DNA from: Azolla caroliniana
Lineage: Eukaryota; Plantae; Polypodiophyta
Length of the DNA: 64,000 bases
Assembly: GCA_043228905.1 (NCBI GenBank)
Contig: JBHGNT010000005.1
Location: 18,290,001-18,354,000 of the forward strand
Direction of reading: 5' to 3'
Numbering within the stretch: position 1 is the stretch's first letter; every line of letters starts with the position of its first letter. The notes below the pieces were generated by a model that worked only from the letters and a program-made list of their open reading frames with translations, did not search any database and had not been told where the DNA came from. The position numbers and the translations under genes are program-made. Below are positions 24,169 to 37,167 of the stretch, piece after piece.

Positions 24169-27100
24169 ACACTCTCCACTACGAGACTATACGACAGCCC
24201 CTAGAGCTCATGCACATAGATATATGTGGGCCCATGCCAGAGTGATCACTAGGAGGCTCCTGGTACTTCATCACCTTTGTAGATTACTGTACACGGAAGG
24301 TCTGGTCCTACTCCATCAGGTCCAAAGACGAAGCGCTCAAGGTCTTCACTCGATGGACAACTGAAGTGGAAAACCGATCCGTTTACAAAGTGAAGACACT
24401 CAGATTCGACAACGGAGGAGAATATACCTCTGGAGCTTTCAAATAGTACTTGTTCGACAAAGGGATTCAACACCAAAAGACCGTTCCTTACACACCCATG
24501 TAGAATGGAGTGGTAGAACGCATTGACGATAATGCTCTAGCAAGTCGGACTGAAGCTGGAGTTTTGGGTCGAGGCATTGCAGACGGTGGTATGCTTAGTA
24601 AATCTTTCGCTGTCAAAAGCAATCAGGCTTGGAGTGCCACCTGCGCTATGGTCAAGCAAACAATTGACCTATGATAGGCTTCGTGTATTCGGATGTGAAG
24701 CCTACGCATTCATCCCCAAGAAGAAAAGGATCAAGTTGGCACCCCATGCAACGAAATGCATATTTCTCGGTTATGGAACCGATGGGAACTTCGGCTACCG
24801 GCTATGGGATCCAGAGAACTAGAAATTGAGCCGGAGTAGTGACATAGTCTTCAATGAAGACTCTATCTTGTCTCAACGGAACCAACAAAAAATAGTTGGT
24901 GAAAGGGTATCCTTCAAAGACGATAGAGTTGACAAATAGTGAAACTCGAACAAGCCAACAATATACCTGCTAACTCCGAATCGGCAACAGGTCCAATAGT
25001 CGAACTCGAAGACAAAGCCATCAAAGACAGAGCCGATTCAACAAGAGTCGAACAAAGCAAAGTCAAAAAGATGCGATCTGAGTCGACAAAGCCCATAGGG
25101 GAGAATGCCATGACACTACTGAAATCCCAGCATGGGGGTGGGTCACCTAACAAGACTACTAACACAAATGGTTCAACAAATACTAGTTGACCGACAGAGC
25201 GGATTGAAGAATCCAAACCACTTATCTCAGCACCCAGGAGATCTGGACGAGCTCAAAGGCCGATAGAGTTTTATCAACCGGGCCTCGACTACGTCAACTA
25301 CAATGATGCAGGCGAACTAGGCACATATGACGAAGCTATGGCAACAACGGACGCCGATACATGGCTACAAGCCATGAGATCCGAAATGGACTCGATTCAC
25401 AAGAATTAGACATGGGAGCTGGTTGAATTACCAGGTGGAAGAAAGCTGCTACCTTGCAAATGGCAAATATGTATTTGACTCAGAGAAACCCAAGTACAAA
25501 GCTCAACTTGTTGCGAAAGGGTTCAAACAATAACATGGGGTCGACTATGATGAGATATTCTCACCAGTAGTCAAGATGACCACCCTCAGACTTTTAGTAG
25601 GAGTTGTGACGACAGAAGACCTAGACCTAGACCAGTTGGATGTAAAGACGACATTCCTACACGGAGATTTGGAAGAAGACATTTACATGTCTCAACCTGC
25701 AGGCTTCACGATAACAGGGGAGGAAAGTCACCTCGTATGTTACTAAAGAAAAGCCTCTATGGCTTGAAACAAGCGCCGAGGATGTGGTACCAGGCAGCTT
25801 GGATACCGCCGATCCGACTCCGACCCATGCATGTATGTTCGGCAACTGGCCAACGAGTCTAGGATTTACCTCATCCTATATATCCACGACATGTTGATTG
25901 CATGAAGTAATCAAGCAAAGATCGGAAAGCTGAAGCAGAGCCTTCACGACAAGTTCGCGATGAAGGAACTCGGACAAGCCCATCACATACTGGGCATCAG
26001 GATCGAGCGAAATCGGATGACCAAGACTCTTCGACTCTCCCAGTCCGATTATATCCGGAAGTTGCTGAGGCGCTTCAACATGGAGAATGCGAAGCCAACA
26101 CCAACACCGCTTCCAACGTCGATCCGACTATCAGACAGAGACTCTCCTTCAATTGACAAGGAGAGAGAGCTTAATGGAAAGATGCCCTATGCATCGGCTG
26201 TAGGAAGTATCATGTATGCAATGGTGGCAACCCGACCCAACCTAGCTTATGCCGTAGGAGTGGTTAGTCGGTACATGTCAAACCCATGACAGAAGCATTG
26301 GGAGGCCGTCAAGCATATCTTTAGGTACATGAGAGGGACCGAAGATACACAACTAACCTTCGATTTGACAACCTCATACGAAGTCGAAGACTACACTGAC
26401 TCCGACTATGCCAGAAATATGGACAATCAGAAGTCAACATCTGGCTATATCTTCACCTATGGTGGTGGTGCTATATCATGGAGGTCGAAACTTTAAGAGT
26501 GTACAACCCTGTCAACCATGGAGGTCGAGTACATAGTAGCATCAGAAGCACTGAAGGAAGCGATTTGGTTGCATCGAGTGTCAACTGATTTTTCAGCTAC
26601 AAGCCGAATCGACTGACCAACGCCTACCATATATTGCGACTCACAGAGTGCAATACACCTCATCAACAATCCTGTCTATCATGCAAAGACAAAGCATACT
26701 GAGTTGCGGTATCATCACATTCGGGAGCTCATAACCGAGAAGAGGCTCGAAGTCGGGAAGATCGACACCGAGGTGAATATCATTGATTGCCTGACGAAGC
26801 CACTCCTAGATTAACGCTTCAGAGCACTAAGGACAAAGATGGGACTGCGACAAGCGATCGAGCAGAAGAAAGTTGAATGAGGAACAGAAGGTAAGAGTTG
26901 ACCGAATCAATCATGATAATGAGCCAGTCTAAGCTCGACATAGACCTCACCTCTGCCGACTCGGCTACATGCCAACCTACTTGTAACATAAATTTAGATT
27001 AGTATTGTAATCTTGGTTTATGGGGGAGATAACCGCAAACACATGTACATGTAGGAAAGAGTAGTCCTTTTATGGGGGAGTTTGTTGACATAAAAGGCCG

Positions 27101-27215
27101 ACTCCTTCCACTTTGTATCCTAGTGTGAACTTGTCTGAAGAGTTAGGGCTTTGTATATAAGCAATAACCTAACATTGTAAAGATAGAGTGCTTGATCATC
27201 TTGTACATCGAGTCT

Positions 27216-27216
<1 letters not shown>

Positions 27217-27262
<46 letters not shown>
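27217..27262. repeat. (GA)n microsatellite inside the copia C LTR
   Basis: About 23 GA units. Confidence 0.9.
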
Positions 27263-27265
<3 letters not shown>

Positions 27266-27666
27266 AGAAATAAAGAGAGCTTCCATTAAAGCTTGATATG
27301 TGTGTCTATATCTTCTTGCCTTCCTTCTGTGTTGTTTACTGAGCATAATCAATAGGTCCTCACATACGTTTCCACGCATATCTGTCCCTCAACTAGTATC
27401 AGAGCAACTTGCTACGCGGTGGCAACAGACCACAAAAAAAGACCAGGTCAGTAAAATCTCACATTCAAAGAAGAATATGGCTTCAACATCCAGAACAAGA
27501 GTTTAAATCAGAAAATTCGCTGGCAAAAACTTTTCCCTTTGGAAGCAGATGATGCAGGACATGCTGATCATCAGAAGACAAGTCGAAGCCATTCAACACA
27601 ATGAAAAACCTGCCTCGATGACAGTCAAAGAGTGGAGATCTATAGACGAAATCGCACGCTCCACCA

Positions 27667-30600
27667 TGTTGAGAAGCAAGCTCAACATGGTATGTGATGC
27701 TTATTGGGAAATAAGCTATAGTAGCTATTTAGCTACTTGTGAACATAAAGGAGAAACAACTAATTAGCTACTGACAGCTATTTAGCTGCATATGTAAGTA
27801 ACTTATTACTTAGGTAAAAAGTAAGAGAGTAGGTAAGTAAGAAATATACAGGAAGTAGAACTCAGAGAGAGAGAGTGAGGATAGAGAGGAAGAACTCAGA
27901 GAGTGAGAGTAGAAGAGAGAAACAAATGAGAGCAAGTAGAGCTCTGCGTGTAATGAAATAGAAGAAGTTTTGGCTGCTACAGAGGTAAGTCTCCTTCCCC
28001 CTTCCCTTCTATGTTTGAGCACCAAACGATCCAGCACACCACAATCCGCTGCGCACATAAGAAGAGCCCGAGTGCCTTCTTCACGTTTTCTTAACATGGT
28101 ATTAGAGCGAGTTGCTCATAAAGAAGAGTACAGAAGTGCATAGATCTGAGAAAGGTATTTCTCTGTTGCTGATCTGAATCAAAAAGTTACTTGTTGAAGT
28201 AATTGTAGCAGAAACCCTAGTTTGGAAGAGATAATGGCTGCAGAGAATGCGGGCCAAATAGTTACAGAGAAACTAGATAAAAACAATTTCCCAGCGTGGA
28301 AATTTAGAATGACAAATTTCCTGATGGGGAAAGGATACTGGGATTACATTGAAGGAGACCTAGAAGAGGCTCCGGAGATCCCAGAAGAAAATGCCACAGC
28401 AGCACAGATTAAAGCATTCAAAGATTGGAATCAAGGGGCAAGGAAGGTAATGCATTGGCTCTCACTTAGCATCTCAGATTCGATGCTTGGGCACATACAG
28501 GATGCTATGCTCCCAAAAGAAGCTTGGGATAGTTTGGTAAAACTGTTTGCAGGAAACACAAAAGCTAGAAAGCTATAGTTGAAGACTGAGCTAAATACCT
28601 TAGAAAAAGGTAAGATGCAAATAAATGAGTATGCTTTGAAAATAAAGAGCATATGTGAACCACTTGCTTCTATCAATGTAAAGATAGAAGATGATGATAA
28701 GGTAGAAATATGCTTGAGAGGCTTAGGACCTCAATACAAAAGCTTTAAAACCTCTATGCTTACAAGGGATAGTATCCCAAGTTTTCCAGATCTGGTTTCA
28801 ACGCTTGTAGTAGAAGAAAGGAATAAGATGGATGATGTAAATAAAGGAAATCTTGAGAATGAGGGGCAAGCCCTATATAATAGTGCTGGAAGCGGCCGAG
28901 GAAGAGGCCATGAAAGATTTGGCTCAACAAGAACCAACAATAATGGTTATCAAGGAAGAGGACAACAAACCATTAGAGGAAGAAACAACAACAGAGGCAG
29001 GGGGAGCAACCAAGGTAGAGGTAAGCAAACATACGTAAATGATGATGTCTATTGGTATTGTGGAAAACCAGGCCACACACAGGTTGAATGTTATAAGAAG
29101 CAAAATGATGAGCAAAGAGGAAAGAGATAGTAGAATAACTATGCCCAAACTAGTGAAGATTGTGAAAAAGATGGTGCATTTGTGGTACAACATGAGATAG
29201 CAGTAGTGGCTGAAAGCTCACAAAAATGTAATGAAGAGTTTACATGGTATGTAGACTCGGGGGCATCTAACCATATGACTGGACATGCAAACTGGATTGA
29301 AAGGTTAAGAGAACCAGAGATTCCTGGCTATGTACAGACGGGTGATAATAGTACTCACCAAATAGAACATGTTGGAGATATCCCATTGTGGGAAGAAAAA
29401 GGAAAGACAAAGTATATGTTGAATGTAATGCATGTTCCAAATCTTGCTAAGAATCTGATTTCTGTTGGATAGATAGTAGAGCAAGGTATGCAAGTAAAGT
29501 TTAAGCAAAGTGGATGCTATATAGAAAAGAATGGGAAGCTCATTGCAAAAGGAAAACGACAAGGAAGAATGTTTATTTTGGATGTTGACATGCCTAGACA
29601 GATTTCAGCTATGTTTGCAAATGGAATGAGTGTAATCTCAGATGTGGAAATGTGGCATAAAAGGATTGGCCACATAAGTATGCAAACCCTAAAGAATATG
29701 TTGAGAAAAGATGTAGTGGCTGGACTGCCAAAACTGAAAAATTGTGAAATGGGAAAGATATGTGAAGCATGTCAATATGGAAAGAAAAATAGGTTGCCAT
29801 TACCTCATGAAAGACATGTAAGTAAAAATTTGTTGGATTTGGTACATACAGATGTATGGGGACCAACTAAGAATGCATCTATCGGTGGTTGCAGATTCTA
29901 TGTAACTTTTATTGATGATTGCTCAAGGAAAACATGGGTGTACTTCATGAAAGAGAAAAGTGAAGTGTTTGAATGTTTTCGTAAGTTTAAATGCATGGTA
30001 GAAAAGCAAGCAGGTACAAGAATAAAATGTTTAAGATCTGATGGAGGAGGAGAGTATTTCTCCAAGGAATTTTCTGATTTTCTATGCAATCAGGGAATAA
30101 GAAGACAGTGCACATGTAGATATACTCCACAACGAAATGGAGTTGCTGAGAGGAAAAACAGAACATTGGTGAACATTGCAAGGGCTTTGATGACAGAGAA
30201 GAATATGCCATTGTACTATTGGGCAGAAGCTGTAAATACAACAAATTATATTCTAAATAGATGTATAACATCGGGAGTACATGAAGCAACTCCTGAAGAG
30301 TGTTTCTATGGAAGGAAACCTAGTTTAGAACACTTAAAAGTGTTTGGATGCCTTGCATATGTACATGTGCCTGCAGAAGTAAGAAGTAAGCTGGATCCAA
30401 AAGTAGAAAAATGTATTTTTGTTGGCTATTCAAAAGAAGAAAAAGGGTATAGATGCTATAACTCTGTAACAAAGAAGATTGTGACAAGTAGGGATGTAAT
30501 CTTTGATGAGTTAGCCAGATGGTACAGTCCAAAACAGAATCCAGAGACTGATGAAGACAATGAGATTGAAGACAGAGACAAATTTGAAAATGTAGAAGAC

Positions 30601-33051
30601 TGCCACAGAGATGGAAGCAAGGTTGGACAGCAAAGTCCAACATCAACAGAATGTTCTGGACCATCAAAAAGCTCAGATGGTAAATCTGATTCGGATTCTT
30701 GGAGTGGAAAAAGTGGAGGACACAAAAAATGTGATGATAAAAAAGGAAAACAGAAAATGCCAGAGTATGAAATGTTGGATGATTTGTCATTGGTGAGGAT
30801 TCAGATATGTCATTGGATGATTTTCTTGGTATAAGAGGATTGAAAATCCCTAGTATGGAAAAAGCATTGAAGGATGCAAATCAGAAACTGAGAAGATCAG
30901 ATAGAGAGAAAAAAACTGTTGAAAGATTTGGTTATGATAGATATATGGCTATGGATTATGCATATATGTCTAAGGTGGTACAGATCCCTGATCCAAGTAG
31001 TTTTGATGAGGCTAAAACTGAGAAGAAATGGGTGGATGCAATGCAAGAAGAGATTGATGCATTGGCTGAAAACAAAACATGGAATTTGGTGAAGTTACCA
31101 AAAGGAAAAAATGTGGTAGGTTGCAAATGGGTCTACAAGACAAAGCATGATTCCAGTGGGAATGTAAGTAGACATAAAGCAAGATTGGTTGCAAAGGGAT
31201 CTGCCCAAATGCAAGGAATTGATTATGATGAGACATTTGCACCGGTTGCAAAGATGGCAACATTGAGGACATTACTGGCTGTAGGTGCAGCCAGAAGATG
31301 GTTTCTTCATCATATGGATGTAAAAAATGCCTTTTTACATGGTAACTTGGAAGAAGAAGTGTATATGTGTCAACCACCAGGTTTTGAAGATAGGACTCTC
31401 TATGTATGTAAGCTGAAAAAGGCTCTCTATGGACTGAAACAGGCACCAAGAGCATGGCACAGAGAACTTTCAGATTATCTGAAAAAACTTGACTTCAAAA
31501 TGTCAAAGGCTGATTCATCATTGTATGTTAAAAGGAAAGATGATTGTATTGTTTTGATTCTGATTTATGTTGATGATCTCATCATTGGAGGTGATTCCAT
31601 GGATAAAATAAGTAAGCTGAAAAGAAATTTGGAAATGCAGTTTCATATGAAAGATTTGGGAGATCTGAGATATTTTTTGGGTATTGAAATCATCAGATCT
31701 GAAAGTGGTATATATGTGTTGCAAAGACAATATGCAACAACTATGTTGAAAAAGTATGGTATGCTTGGATGCAAACCTATTAGAGTACCACTAGATAAAA
31801 ACTGCAAATTGAGGGTTGATTTGGGAGCCAAAATAGAAGATGTAAACATGTACAGGTCTATGGTGGGCAGCCTTATTTATTTGACCATAACAAGACCTTA
31901 TTTGAGTTATGCAGTTGGATTAGTCAGCCAATTTATGCAACAGCCAACAAAGCCGCATTTGGACTGCATTAGAAGAATTCTGAGGTATGTAAAAGCTACT
32001 CAGAACTATGGATTGTTTTACAGGGCTGATTTGGACATAAATCTGGAAGGATATACAGATGTTGATTGGGCTGGAAGCCAAACAGATAGAAGATCCACAA
32101 GTGGATATATGTTTACATTGGGAAGTGCAAGTATTTCATGGAGTAGCAAGAAACAAGCTACTGTTGCATTGTCTAGTACTAAAGCTGAGTACAGAGGAGC
32201 CGCCATAGCCACTTGTGAAGAGGTATGGATCAAAAGATTGCTTGCTGATTTGGGAGAGTATATACATGGTACTGTCACAATTTGGTGTGACAATATGAGC
32301 GGCATTCAGCTTGCAAAAAACCCAGTGTTCCATGCAAGAACAAAGCACATTGAAGTGCATTATCACTTTGTTAGAGAAAAAGTGATTGAAGGAGAAGTTG
32401 ATCTGGTGTATGTGAATACAAATCAGCAGGTTGCTGATATTCTCACAAAGGGATTGAGTGTGGAAAAGCATACACAGTTTCGGAACATGATGGGAGTTGT
32501 AGACACTGATATGATGGCTGAAAAGCATCGTGGAAAAGAAGTTGTAGATAACCCCAAGAAAGGATAAGTTGAGCTTGAGGGGGAGTGTTGAGAAGCAAGC
32601 TCAACATGGTATGTGATGCTTATTGGGAAATAAGCTATAGTAGCTATTTAGCTACTTGTGAACATAAAGGAGAAACAGCTAATTAGCTACTAACAGCTAT
32701 TTAGCAACTGACAACTAATTAGCTACAGGCAGCTAATTAGTTGCATATGTAAGTAACTTATTACTTAGGTAAAAAGTAAGAGAGTAGGTAAGTAAGAAAT
32801 ATACATGAAGTAGAACTCTGAGAGAGAGAGTGAGGATAGAGAGGAAGAACTCAAAGAGTGAGAGTAGAAGAGAGAAACAGACGAGAGCAAGTAGAGCTCT
32901 GCGTGTAATGAAATAGAAGAAGTTTTGGCTGCTACAGAGGTAAGTCTCCTTCCCCCTTCCCTTCTGTGTTTGAGCACCAAACGATCCAGCACACCACGAT
33001 CCGCCGCGCACATAAGAAGAGCCCGAGTGCCTTCTTCACGTTTTCTTAACA
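27667..33051 (+). mobile_element. Full-length A-rich Ty1/copia element D nested in the gag of C: LTRs 27667-28096 and 32586-33051, TSD CACCA
   Basis: CACCA at 27662-27666 and 33052-33056; PBS TGGTATTAGAGC 28097-28108; PPT GAGGGGGAG ending at 32585; the LTRs differ by a 36-bp indel in an agctaattagct repeat and by a few substitutions. Confidence 0.95.
28234..32567 (+). pseudogene. gag-pol polyprotein of copia D (few stops, one frameshift)
   Basis: Zn knuckle YCGKPGHTQVEC, WYVDSGASNHM, INT 29488-30834, RT YVDD and RNase H in 30807-32567. Confidence 0.9.
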
Positions 33052-34353
33052 CACCATCCAAATGCATTTGGCCAAAAACGTCTACTTGAGCATGTCAAAA
33101 GAGATGACAACGTTCTCACTACGGGAGAAACTACAAGCCGTGTACGAGAAAAAGTCCTCATCTTCAAAACTGATTTTGATCAAACAACTTTTCAACATGA
33201 GGATGAGAGAGTCTGATTTGGCTACCTCCCACATCAACACCTTCAGTCGGGTGTTGTTAGAACTCTCCTCACAAGGGATGAACTTCGAAGAAGAAGTGAA
33301 AGCCCTTGCCCTCCTATGGAGTTTGCCAACGAGTTGGGAGGTATTTTGCACGACATACGCCAATAGCCGACCAATCCTAAATCTGGATGAGACGATCGGC
33401 CAAGTCCTCATCGACGACATTCAGCGAAAATCGATGCGACTTACCATCAATGAATCAATAGAAGCCCATCACTCGACCGATTTGTTCGACCAATAGAGTC
33501 GAACGAGAGAACAAACCGGCAGAACTAGTCAGAATACCAACCGATCAAAAACGAGGGGAGACCGACAATAGTCAAAGTTGAGGATAGGCCAATCGGGCGA
33601 TTTCTGCACACATTGCAGAAAAGCTGGCCACAATGTTTCAGACTACTGGTCAATCAAGAAAAAAGAGAGTGGTCGACAATCCGATCGGAATCGAGGATGA
33701 CCTGACTCAGACCACTCTCCTACAGGCAACCAAATCAATGTTGCCGACACCTAATCAGGAGAAATTCTCTCCTGAGAGGATTCAGTGATCGGAGAAGTCC
33801 TCTATAGTGCACAAGATGCACATATGTGGTTACTGGACTCCGGTGCCACGTTTCACGTGACCCCCAACATTGAATGGTTCTGGAACTATTTAGCTGAAGT
33901 CAGCGGCATAGTCTAACTAGGCAATGGGCAGGAATGCAAAGTCACAGGGACCGTAGAGGTTCCTATCAGATTGCCAAATGGCAACATGATCACCTTGCAC
34001 TGAGTGCGGCACTTACACGATCTAAAAACGAGTCTGGTCTCCGTCGGCATGTTAGCCGAAGACGGGTACAAAACGACTCTAAGTGAGTCGGTATGGATGA
34101 TCAACCGAGGAAACCTTACAGTTGGGAGAGGGCACAAGTACAACAACTTGTACCCATTGATGTCAATCAATCTAGGAGGGGTTGTGAATGTAGCCAAAAA
34201 GACTGACCCGAACTTATGGCATGGTCGACTCGGCCATATGTCTCAAGCCGAACTTGATCGGTTGATGGCGGTCGGCTACATCCCTAAACTCCAAGGAAAG
34301 ACGGACTTTTGCGAGCATTGTCGATACGGGAAACAAACCTGAAGTCCGCACGC

Positions 34354-35921
34354 TATCGTGAAAATCCATCACTATGTTCGGATTGTGAGGCGGAACCACC
34401 AGGGTTATGGAAGGGAAGGAAATAGGGCTCACACGCACAACACAAGGAAGGCTTACAAAAACAAGGCACGAGTATTTGAACGTGTTTGTGAAAAGGAGAG
34501 GTGCATGGGCAAGCCCGAATCAACCCCTAGTCACAAGGCGAACGAATGCACGCGAGGAAGGCTTACACATGGACACACAAGGAAGGCTTACACAAAAAAG
34601 GCATGAGTATTCGAATGTGTTTGTGAAAAGGAGAGGTGCATGGGCAAGCCCGAATCAACCCCTAGTCACAAGGCGAACGGATGCACGTGAGGAAGGCTTA
34701 CACACAGACACATAAGGAAAATGCTTACTTACACACACGAGAGACAAAGTTTCGAATGCCTTTGTGAAAAGAGAGGTGCATGGGCAAGCCCGAACGCTCC
34801 CTTGTTACAAGTCGCACGAACACACAAGCAAGATTTACACTAACACGCAAGACACGAAAGTTTGAATGCCTTTGTGAAAGGAAAGGTGCATGGGCAAGCC
34901 CGAAACACTCCCTTGTCACAAGACACACAAACAGATAAGCATAAATGATAATAACTTATAAGACACGTAAGTTTGAATGCATTTGTGAAAGGAGAGGTGC
35001 ATGGGCAAGCCCGAAACGCTCCCTTGTCACAAGACACACAAATAGATAAGCACAAATGACAATAACATATAAGATATGTAAGTTTGAATGCCTTTGTGAA
35101 GGGAGAGGTACATGGGCAAGCCCGAAACGCTCCCTTGTCACAAGACACACAAACAAATAAGCAAAAATGACGATAACATATAAGATACGTAGGTGAAACC
35201 AAACATTATTTTATTGCAATATAATAGATTCTTTTATAAAATAAGAATCAATTTTACAACGGGTTTGATATGAATATGAGAGATATCAATTTTACAAGGG
35301 GGAAGAGAGGTGGAGGAAAGAAGAGAGTGGACTATAGAAGAAGGTGATTCTTTGTTGATAATGCCTCTCGATGTTGTCGATCGTTCTTCTTTTGCCTTCC
35401 AATTGAGTGGAGCTTCCACGTTCCTTCTCCCTCCCCCCCTTCTTCACTAGAATAGGCTCTTATCTATAGGTTTAGGATTGCTTCCCTTTTTCCCCTAAAA
35501 AAAGCTTGTCTATATGAGTCGACTTTTCTTTTCCTCACTATCTCTATTTTCTAGCCCCAAATTTCACATGCAAGATATTCTTGGAAAGTTCTTTGCGTCA
35601 CTTTCTTATGCATCTTTTCTTTTCTAATTTGGACATCTGACAAGGAAATTATGAGCTTTTTTCTCTACTGTGCTCCTCAAATCCATGCGTGTTCTTTTTC
35701 TCTACTTTTGTCTACTTTTGAAAACCGCCTCTAACTTAATATTCATCATTATTTATAGTAAGGTTCAATCCTTTGACCTTTTATTTATAAGGAATTATCT
35801 TTGGCAAATGAAAAAGTATTTTTGCTACCAATAAAGTTGACTTCACAATACAAGTTTATTTGAACTACTATTTTACTTCTTTTCGAGGGTGGTTTCACAC
35901 TGTGTTAGAAACATCACGACA
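34354..35921 (-). mobile_element. Long LTR-like segment of the TGTCG..CGACA lineage, with a tandem array
   Basis: Starts T(A)TCGTG after ACGC, carries the shared U5 motif at ~34390, ends CATCACGACA at 35921; TATA-like site near 35465 on the minus strand; right boundary uncertain. Confidence 0.55.
34486..35143. repeat. Six-unit tandem array (period 110-141 bp) with a conserved ~50-nt self-complementary core
   Basis: TTGTGAA..GGTRCATGGGCAAGCCCGAA..T(C/T)ACAA cores start at 34486, 34621, 34762, 34872, 34983, 35094. Confidence 0.9.
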
Positions 35922-36210
35922 ACTCGATAGTCCGGATGATCGGAAGATACCTCACACGTGTACATTAGGTAAGAAAATTTGGCCATTGATTCATGGAGGT
36001 TGTACCATATCCGACATCAGTGGCCGAGAAAGAAAGAGGGTTGAAGGGCGCCTGAAGGCATGCAGAGCGTTGGGCCCGAAGCCTTTCGCACCCCTTGAAG
36101 AACTTACCCAAGGATTCTCAAAATCATTGCATAAAGCAGCTACAAATGCCTTTCAGGCCCCTTCTGAATCTGATGGAGTTGGCAGCTAGTCCTTCTTTTC
36201 TTTGGGGGCG

Positions 36211-36283
36211 GGCAGGTATAACTTAATGATCAGAGTGTCAAATTGTGAATTTGAAAACACAGGTTCAAATCCCGTTACTCGCC
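36211..36283 (+). tRNA. trnH: Organellar (mitochondrial-type) tRNA-His(GUG), probably a pseudogene within a NUMT
   Basis: Cloverleaf: encoded G-1; acceptor GCAGGTA/TACTCGC + C73; D stem ACTT/GAGT; anticodon stem TCAAA/TTTGA with GTG at 36245-36247; T arm ACAGG-TTCAAAT-CCCGT; two A.C stem mismatches. Confidence 0.8.
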
Positions 36284-37167
36284 AATTGAGTATAGAAACT
36301 AGAAACTCTATACTCCCCATGCATACATGTGGGTCCTAAATCTTTTACTCTGTTTTTCCTTACAGTTTTCCTTAACCAATAAACCCTCTTGTTTAGTATA
36401 GAAACATACCTTTTCATATTCTATACTCCCGCATGAATGAAGGACTATAGTCTCCTAGCCTCTTGAGCTATATCGCACTTCATCAATTAGGTAGAAAGTT
36501 GTTGTTACTTTGGAAATTTCACTACCAAAGTTAAAGATCGTGATACAAGGAGATGTGTGAAGTCGATTTTTGCTCATAGGAAAAGACCGTGGCAAATACA
36601 TTGGATGCGAAGGTATAGAAGAATAAAGCACAATATGAAAGGTCCAAGAGTTAAAAGATAAATGAAATTGAAGAGAAATAAAGTTAGATTTGTTTTTCAA
36701 AAGTAGAAACAGCAGAAAAAAAGAAAAAGAAGAAAAACGCAGGAAATTAAGCAGGAAAAGCAAGTTAGAGAAAAAAGCTCATAACTTCTTCATCTCTTAT
36801 CCAAATTTCAAAAGAAAATATTCGTAAGAAAGCTAACAAAGAGAGATTTCTTGTATGAAAAATTTGGATGACAAACTAGAAATAATGATATGAAAAATGC
36901 ACCACACAAACTCGAGGATATGTAAAAGAAAAGAAAAGAAAAAGCAAGAATAACGCAACTAAAAACCCATAAGTATGAGGGTATTCTTAGCAATTGGGGA
37001 GATGTGGGGGGAATTGAATAGTTACGAAGGAAGGAGGAATAGAAGATCTACAAGAAGAAGTGAGGAAGAAGAAGGGAGGAAGAAGAGGAAGATTAGAATA
37101 AGTGAGAAGACAATTAGTAGAAGAAGATGGAAAGATTATTTTAGTAATAGCATATTGCAGTACTTAT

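Larger units (their letters stand above)
24169..34353 (+). mobile_element. Circularly permuted Tnt1/Tork-like copia C: INT-RT-RH (24169-~26880), PPT, single LTR 27083-27391, PBS, then gag-PR-GAG_pre-int (27478-34353, interrupted by copia D)
   Basis: PLELMHIDICGP, QLDVKTTFLHGDL, YASAVGSIMY and CDSQSAI motifs lie left of the LTR; PPT ATGGGGGAG; PBS TAGTATCAGAGC 27394-27405; gag MASTS..FSLWKQMMQD, LLDSGATFH and WHGRLGHMS..CEHCRYGKQ lie right of it. Confidence 0.85.

Noticed and set aside
34486-35143. CRISPR array or hammerhead ribozyme (retrozyme) array
   Set aside because: Spacers are related to each other, there are no cas genes, and the context is a eukaryotic LTR. The GGGC-AA-GCCC-GAAA stem lacks the upstream CUGANGA hammerhead core.
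36211-36283. Functional nuclear tRNA-His gene
   Set aside because: Organellar identity elements, two stem mismatches and an altered D-loop GG
36450-37167. AT-rich segment that could be a further LTR
   Set aside because: No termini, TSD or second copy could be identified
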